Below, one piece after another: positions 57,018-64,000 of a DNA stretch of 64,000 nucleotides. Location of the stretch: IMG/VR virus record IMGVR_UViG_3300022689_000130, positions 1 to 64,000 of that record; one strand, given 5' to 3'. The notes under the pieces were generated by a model. The model was not told where the DNA came from. It did no database searches and was given only the letters and a program-made list of their open reading frames with translations. The DNA comes from a virus. Each line of letters starts with the position of its first letter. Positions within the stretch are counted from its first letter, which is position 1. The position numbers and the translations under genes are program-made.

Positions 57018-57466
57018 TCTTCAAGCACCACCAATTGAAAACCTATAATTGCTGAAGTCACGATACCACTAAGAGAGGTGAGCAATGCAGCCGCCATTCC
57101 TCCCGCCATGTCTGTAAGTGCTTGAGTCATGACGGTTGTATCTGTTGGATCTAACACAACCCCTGGCCCAAACACACTCCAAAGAACTATCATGAATCCG
57201 ATTAACGTTCCAACAAGACCAATCGCCACGGAAGTTTCTCCCATATAACGAACCATTTGGTGTCTGTTCTCTTCATACTGCCCTTGCCAATGGTACTTGA
57301 ACATCATCAGATGAGATGCTACAAGAATAGCGAGGTTAGCAAAGGTAAGATAGGTCTTGTCGTTGGCTAAAATAAAATCAAATAACCCAAAGTAGACTTG
57401 TCCGGTTATTAGTGCGAAGACAATCATTACCAATATTGTCCAAAACTTCCAAAACTTCATATCCAT
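57014..57466 (-). CDS. MotA/TolQ/ExbB proton channel family protein
   Basis: IGLVGTLIGF and GMAAALLTSLSG helices; four hydrophobic segments. Confidence 0.85.
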   Translation of the reverse strand: MDMKFWKFWTILVMIVFALITGQVYFGLFDFILANDKTYLTFANLAILVASHLMMFKYHWQGQYEENRHQMVRYMGETSVAIGLVGTLIGFMIVLWSVFGPGVVLDPTDTTVMTQALTDMAGGMAAALLTSLSGIVTSAIIGFQLVVLEE

Positions 57467-57477
57467 ATGACTGCCCT

Positions 57478-59112
57478 TTAATAATGTATGTGGTTATTTA
57501 TCCATACATATTTGGCATTTCCACAGTCCCAGATTCGATTCCATCCTTCTTGGTCTCGTAGTTGAAATTCAGTGAGAATTGAATCAGCTGGCTTTTTCAA
57601 TGAGAACCTATGTCTTCTTTTTGTCGCATCAATATACCAATAGTTTATTGGAGATACTGATTTAAATTTAAATCCAAGAGACTCATAAACTTTTCCGTTG
57701 TTCCATCTCAAATCAGAAAATGTAATTACATTAGATGGATTAAAATCTTTAACAAATCTCTTGAACAATTTTGATGCGCCGCCAACCACCACGACATCAG
57801 TCTGTGAACAAAATCTAGAAAGTTCCCATCCCTTTTGTTTTTTGCTTGCATCTCCATTACGAAAAGTCATGACCGAAACAATCCTGCCTTGATCGAATAA
57901 TCCGTAATTCACACTGGCGTTATGATAACCTTGAATATGAAACTGATCACAGAAACTCCTAGCCTGTGCTGCACTGATTGGTTTACATATGGTTTTTCTG
58001 GCATAGATTTTGTCGCCAATTAGTCCTAATTTATGTAATAATCTAGCCTTTACAATATCACGTTTGTGAAGCCATTCATCTTCAAATATAGTAATCAAGT
58101 CGTATCCGTTTTCTTTGCATTTGGCAAGCTTTTCACTGTGATATTCTCGCGCAACTCTTTTGTCATTATGCCAATATAGTCCACAATACTCGATTGCTAA
58201 CTTACGATCTTTGATTACGATATCAAGTTCTTGAGGTGCAATCAAGGTTCGGTTGTTTCTATCCACATCAACATAATGTTCAAGAAAATCTGCAATTTGG
58301 TTTTCAGCAATGCTACCTTTGTTATTAACGCCCAGACATCTGCTACAAATTTCACCAAATGTACGCAACCTGTATTTGATTGTTTCGGTAGTTAGTATTT
58401 CCTCTTTATGGCATTCCTGGCATCGAATTTCAATACGGCAATTTGGATTTTTATATGCAGCTTGTAAATCCAGGCTTGGAGTATGTATCTTCACAATGTC
58501 AGCATGTGAGTTTACCAGAATCGAAAATGTATTGCATTGCCGTTGTCGTTGTTTTTCTCTCCACTCGTCGCTTTCAAAATAATTGTCAACTCCGTAATTT
58601 TTCCGCAATGTTGCTTTGCATTTCTCCCTATGATTTTCAATTTGACTTGGGTTTGAAACTCCATACCGATTTTGTAATGTTTCCCTCCCTTTTGTATTCA
58701 ACACTAGTGCCCGTTCACGAGCTGATTCAATGGCGGTCGGACTGACTTTTTGCCCATATTTTTTGATATTTGTAGCAATACGTTTTTTTTGAGTTTCCTC
58801 CATTTTAGCTGGATTATCAACTCCATAAAGTTCAATCATTGATTTGCGCATCTTATCAATTGCTGATTCGCCTATTTGTTTCTTTAATTTTTCTCGGCAT
58901 TTTCTTGAACAAGTTGTTTTCCCTCGATCAGGTAAATTGCCACATACAGCACATTTAGGAATTGGATCATCGCTGAGTATAAGATAACATTGATATGAAA
59001 AGTCTTTGTCAGGAAACTGTAATTCAAGCCATTCAATCATTTCTTTAGTTAGATGTTTGCGCCTGCTGTTTCGAGGGCAAGATTGTAGTATTTGTCGTAT
59101 TTGTTGTTTCAT
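57478..59112 (-). mobile_element. Hef-like free-standing homing endonuclease
   Basis: YGV.NP repeats, CxxC motifs, ELDI...AIEYCGLYWH...IFEDEW nuclease, C-terminal IYARK...ELSRFC...YESLGF domain. Confidence 0.85.
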
Positions 59113-59155
59113 GCTTTTATTTATCACACACTACTGCGAAATTTTTTACATATTC

Positions 59156-59187
59156 AAAAATATAGGCGGCTAACCGCCTATATTTTT
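59156..59187. terminator. Intrinsic terminator after tail sheath
   Basis: AAAAATATAGGCGG-ctaa-CCGCCTATATTTTT. Confidence 0.85.
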
Positions 59188-59192
59188 ATTAG

Positions 59193-61664
59193 TTAAAGTG
59201 CGCCAGTATTGACAATACGAATTGGTATGTAAATAAATTCCACTGCTTTTGTGGGCGAAATTGCCACATCAATATACAACTCGTTACGATCAATTCGAAT
59301 AGGTGTGTTATTACTTTCGTCACAGACAACTGCGAAATCTGTAAGTGCCCGCTTGCTTAGTAAGTCACTAAGGAAACTATCAAACAACTGAACCGCGCGG
59401 GCTCGTGTTAGCGAATCGTTCTGTTCGAATAGCAACGGGCGCGCAATTTCATCGAATCGCTCACGTAGATAAGCAACAAGACGAACAACGTTTACACGGT
59501 CAAGCGCGCTGGTAAATGGGTGCAATGTTTTTTGACCAAACACAACCACGCCCTCTAGAGGGAATTGTGCAATCGGATTCATTTTGTTCAAATATAGTGA
59601 ATCGCGCTGCCCTTGGCTTAGCGAGACTGCCTTAAACTCTTCTTCAGCTGTGATATAACCAACTGCGCTACCATTCTGCACAACGCCACGTGTCAACCCT
59701 GCTGGAGCGAACCACGGGAAGCTGATGTTGTCGTTGTAAGCGTAGGTGTAAAGAACTACGTGGCTTGCTGGAACGGTGACTGTTTCGCCGTCTGGTGTGG
59801 TTGAACGTGCTGGTGGGTAGTAAACTGCACTGTAGGTGTTCTTTGTAACAAGGCCTTCGTCACCGTTTTCTGATGCCCCAACTCCTTGGACCCACTGTAC
59901 CGCTTCAGTTGGGCTGAGACGCATTGGAGTGTCAATAATAATAAACCCTGTCTCACCACGATCAGAGTTTAGTGTAACCAATTCGTCTGTAAGTTCTGGA
60001 AAGTTCGGTGCTGCTAACAATGTAAAGTTTCGGTTTGGATCTCGAAGATCTTCGTTACCTGCAACCGCTGCCTGCATTGCAGTTGCGATGATTTTACGCT
60101 GAGCAAGTCGACCAAATACGCCACTACCGTTTGCGTTATTAAGAGCGCCGTTAACCCAACCATCAACTGTGCTTGCCCCGTCGTTGACTGACATACCTTC
60201 AGCCCAAACACGAACAGTATTGCTTGATCCGGCCATATTGACCGCTAGCATATCCGTCGGGTATAGTTGAGCATTAGGTGCAGAATCTAGTAGATTAGCA
60301 CCAGTGACTGCACCGCTTGGGAGTGCAGTTCGATCAGCAACTGTAAAATCATCAAAGATAACACCTCGTTCAGTGGTCTGATCAGTGTTGTCGTAGAGCA
60401 ACCAACTTGAGCTACCACTGTCGTAACGGTAGATACGCGGATACTGAGATTCTGTACCATCAGTTTCAACCCAGATGTCATCATCACTTGGAGTGAGTGG
60501 CTCGGTAGTTGAGTAAGTGATATTTGCCTCTTCAACTCGAACCCAATCACTGCCGTCATGCAATAGAATGTCTAAATCGGTCTCAGTTGGATCAAACCAA
60601 TAAGATCCAACTACTGGCGTACCTGTTGGTTCATCATTCTGTGCATAGACCACTTCGTTGATTGCAGTTGGTGAACTACTTTCAATACGTTCAAGTTCAA
60701 ACCCGGCGTTTGCCGCAGTTATGTTGATAGCTACATTATTATCGTCCATATCTGCGACAATGTCAGTAACACTTGTTCCATCCTGAGCCACATAAGTTGT
60801 ACCGCCATCGTTTGAAACACCTTCTACTTCAAGAAGCGTGAACACGCCCAAGCTATTTGATTGATAGACTACAAGGTTAAGGCCATTACCTGGTCGCGTT
60901 GTTTTAACCCAAATATCTCCGTCAGCAGGAGCGGTCGGGCTTGCATAATGTGGTGCATATGTAACGGTGGTTGCTAGTAGATTGGCTACATTTGCTTGAT
61001 CAACACTCTGCCATGCTGCGCCATCGCTTTCAAAATAACCAATCGCGACACCTGTTGGACTTGCAACGCCATCATTTAAGATAGCGACTAGATAGCTGCC
61101 TGCTGCGCCAACTGGTTCAGATGGAACATAAGTCTTAGGATCTGCAACTTCACCTGCTGTTGCTTCAAGTGCAACTTCAACGGTGACTGTTTGAAGTACC
61201 CAGGCTGCGCTTGCTGCTACGTAACGATGAAGACCGAATGAACTTGCATCAGTGTCAATCCAGATCTGGTTTCCGTTTGCTGGACCTGCTGGCGCTGTTT
61301 CACTTGATACTAATTCATCTAGGTCAATGTCTGCTCTTACAATGTAAGCCTGTGATCCCTGTCCAAGATAACTGTATGCTGCTAATAACCCATACTCGCT
61401 TGTTTCTGCGCCTTGGACGCCGGTTACAAACTGCGGGTCTCCGAAGAATTGTGTAATCTCTCGCTGTGATGTTACTGGAACAACCAAGCCAGCATTGCTT
61501 GGCTTAGTAAACCGCGCAATCCCATCAGTTTCGGTACCTGTTGGGTCGATTTTATTTGCAGCGGTTGCAACAATAATGAGAGGAATAGTGCCAGCACCAG
61601 GGCTAGCATATGCGCTTTCGTCAATGACTGTAACGTCAACGCCTGGTGATACTAAAGTAGCCAT
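59193..61664 (-). CDS. Tail sheath protein (gp18-like)
   Basis: LVSPGVDVTVIDES, FG.P, WFAPAG.TRG, VFGQKTL, RVNV.RL, CDESNNTP, EFIYI. Confidence 0.96.
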   Translation of the reverse strand: MATLVSPGVDVTVIDESAYASPGAGTIPLIIVATAANKIDPTGTETDGIARFTKPSNAGLVVPVTSQREITQFFGDPQFVTGVQGAETSEYGLLAAYSYLGQGSQAYIVRADIDLDELVSSETAPAGPANGNQIWIDTDASSFGLHRYVAASAAWVLQTVTVEVALEATAGEVADPKTYVPSEPVGAAGSYLVAILNDGVASPTGVAIGYFESDGAAWQSVDQANVANLLATTVTYAPHYASPTAPADGDIWVKTTRPGNGLNLVVYQSNSLGVFTLLEVEGVSNDGGTTYVAQDGTSVTDIVADMDDNNVAINITAANAGFELERIESSSPTAINEVVYAQNDEPTGTPVVGSYWFDPTETDLDILLHDGSDWVRVEEANITYSTTEPLTPSDDDIWVETDGTESQYPRIYRYDSGSSSWLLYDNTDQTTERGVIFDDFTVADRTALPSGAVTGANLLDSAPNAQLYPTDMLAVNMAGSSNTVRVWAEGMSVNDGASTVDGWVNGALNNANGSGVFGRLAQRKIIATAMQAAVAGNEDLRDPNRNFTLLAAPNFPELTDELVTLNSDRGETGFIIIDTPMRLSPTEAVQWVQGVGASENGDEGLVTKNTYSAVYYPPARSTTPDGETVTVPASHVVLYTYAYNDNISFPWFAPAGLTRGVVQNGSAVGYITAEEEFKAVSLSQGQRDSLYLNKMNPIAQFPLEGVVVFGQKTLHPFTSALDRVNVVRLVAYLRERFDEIARPLLFEQNDSLTRARAVQLFDSFLSDLLSKRALTDFAVVCDESNNTPIRIDRNELYIDVAISPTKAVEFIYIPIRIVNTGAL

Positions 61665-61756
61665 GTATAATCTCCTGTCAAAGCTTATTAAAAATGCTCT
61701 AACAGTATTTAGCGAAAAGCTACTTATCTGGTGTGGTTATAGGGATAACTACGCGG

Positions 61757-62383
61757 TTAATCTTTCATGATGCGATCTACATGAAAACGCAGATTATCAA
61801 TGCTATCATCATTTAAAATAGTTCTATCAAATTCAGTAGGATAGTCAAGCCAGCGCCATTCGCTTTCATGTATTTCAGGATGTTCTTTCATCCATTGAGT
61901 GTCGTAACGATTATCTGAGATTGCCTTTTGTGTCCACTCTGGGTCTGAGCCTTTCTTGACTCGCCATACTTCTCCACCCATGTTACGCAAAAGATCTCGC
62001 TCGTTGAAAAAACGAACGTCAGGAATTACAAACTTGGTATCAGGATTGTCTTCCAGCTGCTTTTTGACAATTAAGACCCAAACGTTGTCGTCCAGACCTT
62101 GTCTCATGCAGTCTGTTCCTACACGCTGCATTGCTAGTCTTGGAGTAAAGTCATAACCGAGTTCTTCGCTCCACCACTCGTCAGGAGTTTCTCGCCATGC
62201 TCTGCTCGCAGGTTTATTGCCTTCAATCATGCCGCGGTCCCAGTTGAATATGGTTGCAACAGTATCTTTAAGTCGATCTGAGTAGCTGATTTTTGTGTAA
62301 CCGTATTCTTCGACAAGGATATCACCTACTGTGTCTTTACCACAGCCGATAAACCCACAGATTCCAATTATTCTTTTCTCCAT
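61757..62383 (-). CDS. Deoxynucleoside monophosphate kinase
   Basis: IIGICGFIGCGKDT, TPR..MQ..GT, IPDVRF.NE, HESE. Confidence 0.92.
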   Translation of the reverse strand: MEKRIIGICGFIGCGKDTVGDILVEEYGYTKISYSDRLKDTVATIFNWDRGMIEGNKPASRAWRETPDEWWSEELGYDFTPRLAMQRVGTDCMRQGLDDNVWVLIVKKQLEDNPDTKFVIPDVRFFNERDLLRNMGGEVWRVKKGSDPEWTQKAISDNRYDTQWMKEHPEIHESEWRWLDYPTEFDRTILNDDSIDNLRFHVDRIMKD

Positions 62384-62436
62384 AATTACTCCAACGCTCC
62401 ACAATCATAACATGAAACGTCAACAATATCAAGTAG

Positions 62437-62688
62437 TTATTGCTCTAACTTTTTGAGGAGTGCTTTTTGATTATATTCGTCAAATTTACCAATCAAATAG
62501 TCGACTTCGCTTTCGGTACCAGACCGAATGTCGCGGCGCAATCCCATAAAAACAATCTGATCATCAACTTTCATGCTCCCCGATGACTGTTGATGCCAAC
62601 TTTTAAACTGGTCAAGCAACTTGTAAGCGTGGCCACGCTTACGATTCATACGTTCAAGATCGATGCTATTTTGTTCTTCTTGATTCAT
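62437..62688 (-). CDS. Hypothetical protein
   Basis: 83-aa coupled ORF. Confidence 0.65.
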   Translation of the reverse strand: MNQEEQNSIDLERMNRKRGHAYKLLDQFKSWHQQSSGSMKVDDQIVFMGLRRDIRSGTESEVDYLIGKFDEYNQKALLKKLEQ

Positions 62689-63035
62689 ACGTCTGTCAAT
62701 TTCCTCAAGAGCTTCATTTCAAGTGCAATACTATAATAGAAGTTGGGTTCAAATTCACTACAAGGAGGGTCTACAGGCTGTCTCCCGATCATGACACGGT
62801 CTCCGGATCGTCTCCCGATCGTGACACGATCAGTGCATCTATCTCGGCATATGCGGTATTCATCTGGATGTATACACAAGGATAGGTCATATTCTTTTGG
62901 GCATATACCTCTCTTCATCCATTTACTGCATTTAGCGCATCGACGATCAGAAATGAAGGCGTCAAGCTTACGATCTGGCCATGAAGAAAGAAGGTCGATA
63001 TATTTATCCCGCTCCTTTTGCATGTCTTTCTTCAT
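62685..63035 (-). CDS. Hypothetical Cys-rich protein
   Basis: CxxC...CP...C; internal DRV.IGR repeat. Confidence 0.6.
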   Translation of the reverse strand: MKKDMQKERDKYIDLLSSWPDRKLDAFISDRRCAKCSKWMKRGICPKEYDLSLCIHPDEYRICRDRCTDRVTIGRRSGDRVMIGRQPVDPPCSEFEPNFYYSIALEMKLLRKLTDV

Positions 63036-63289
63036 GATTCCAACTTCAACATTACTTCTTTTTCACCGATTTCTTCGATCATACGTTCCAATGCCTCAGG
63101 AAAGTGATCAACAAGCATAGAGTCGTCTGGCAGACTGGTATAGAGTGAGTTAAGGAAGTAATGCACGAACCCATCACGCATTGCTCCAGCAAAAACATCT
63201 GGAGAACGCTCGTTGACCATCTTGACTTCTTCGTGCAACCGGCCAATCAGGTTGCGAACGCGAACAGCACGGGGATCAAGATAGTCCAT
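63032..63289 (-). CDS. Hypothetical protein
   Basis: Start reassigned to MDYLDP after AAGGA. Confidence 0.65.
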   Translation of the reverse strand: MDYLDPRAVRVRNLIGRLHEEVKMVNERSPDVFAGAMRDGFVHYFLNSLYTSLPDDSMLVDHFPEALERMIEEIGEKEVMLKLES

Positions 63290-63422
63290 CGAGAGGTTTT
63301 CCTTTGTATTTACGCTTGCGGTCAAGCTTTTGGACTTGTTTGCCAGGAATCGTCCTCTGGATAAATCCGCTGCTAGGATCGCGCAAAATGGCCGCAACTT
63401 TTGAATGCGGATAATTTGCCAT
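63276..63422 (-). CDS. Small basic protein resembling ArfA
   Basis: MANYPHSKVAAILRDPSSGFIQRTIPGKQVQKLDRKRKYKGK...; no clear SD, overlaps neighbours. Confidence 0.4.
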   Translation of the reverse strand: MANYPHSKVAAILRDPSSGFIQRTIPGKQVQKLDRKRKYKGKPLDGLS

Positions 63423-63633
63423 GTTTGAGTGTTGCGATTGCTTGATTTTTCGCAAATTCGAAGTCTTTGGCAGTGACACTGAACATAGCCACTCTATTTG
63501 TGTAACCAACATGATACCACTCGTCAATCAATGCGATAATACTGATTACCACTGCCCCGTTAACAACGTGAACATCGTATTCTAAACGATACGTATTAGA
63601 ACACCAATTCCGAGAACCAGATACTCTTGTCAT
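63373..63633 (-). CDS. Hypothetical protein
   Basis: 86 aa with GAGG SD. Confidence 0.6.
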   Translation of the reverse strand: MTRVSGSRNWCSNTYRLEYDVHVVNGAVVISIIALIDEWYHVGYTNRVAMFSVTAKDFEFAKNQAIATLKHGKLSAFKSCGHFARS

Positions 63634-63641
63634 TATCTACC

Positions 63642-64000
63642 TCACATATAAAGCGGGCCTGTCCAACGGATGGTATAACCACCAGTGAGGATGTTGCCAC
63701 GACTGTGGTTCTTTGCGGGCGCAGACCAGCTAGCAGCTTTGAGGATCGTGCCTTTGGGGAACTTGCCGCCGTCTTCAGCAACAATGAAACCCCAAACCGA
63801 ACGGTTCGAGATGATCTTGATATACTTCTTGCCCTTGCGGACTTCGAAGCCGCCGTTGAACTCAGCAACCATCTTCTGGTTGATCTCACTCAATCCTTCA
63901 AGATCAAAATTGCGGCTACTACCCTTGCGTGTTGCGTCACGCTGACGAGCGGCGGCTCCTTGCAGAGTGTAGGTCAAGTAGTCGTCCTTGATGGCTTCAA
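63642..64000 (-). CDS. Conserved T4-like phage hypothetical protein, probably 5'-truncated by the window edge
   Basis: GKKYIKI, SVWGFI, KGTILKAASW.APAKN..RGN; frame open to window end. Confidence 0.75.
   Translation of the reverse strand, partial: EAIKDDYLTYTLQGAAARQRDATRKGSSRNFDLEGLSEINQKMVAEFNGGFEVRKGKKYIKIISNRSVWGFIVAEDGGKFPKGTILKAASWSAPAKNHSRGNILTGGYTIRWTGPLYM

Noticed and set aside
1-64000. Numerous plus-strand and nested ORFs in the track (e.g. 159..575, 6776..7288, 11162..11656, 39174..39806, 52472..53026)
   Set aside because: Antisense or off-frame shadows of well-supported minus-strand genes, with no motifs or RBS
1-64000. Stop-codon reassignment as seen in some large phages
   Set aside because: Core genes are full length in code 11, and TAG, TGA and TAA all terminate conserved genes at expected positions

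Overview
A 64-kb segment of a large T4-related (jumbo-type) myophage genome, almost entirely minus-strand and read in the standard genetic code. The host is most likely an alphaproteobacterium, inferred from a permuted two-piece tmRNA with an ANDN-type tag and host-like YqgE, ClpS and IbpA genes. It contains the tail sheath and tube, gp4-like head completion nuclease, PAAR spike and a large terminase fractured by an atypically split intein with a homing endonuclease between the halves. Replication and recombination genes are gp32, UvsX, UvsY, UvsW, gp41 helicase, primase, a miniature Pol III alpha, class II RNR and dNMP kinase. There is also a translation/proteostasis set (tmRNA, bS21, Hsp20 with a ROSE-like leader, ClpS, PTH2-like, possible ArfA-like) and intact plus decaying homing endonucleases. 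Four signals stand out. (1) Two recurrent N-terminal peptide tags, M-[KR]-x-x-[DEH]-[LIF]...x-E and RLxxL[AS]G, sit on about 16 unrelated proteins including enzymes, suggesting a capsid cargo-addressing system. (2) Two polyprotein-like genes carry small domains (RMF-like, KOW, wHTH) strung between putative prohead-protease sites. (3) A three-gene MotA/ExbB + MotB/ExbD-like ion-motor module lies between the sheath and tube genes. (4) Many promoters have a leaderless architecture (TAAATA-N5-ATG). All calls come from motif recognition by eye; no database searches were run.
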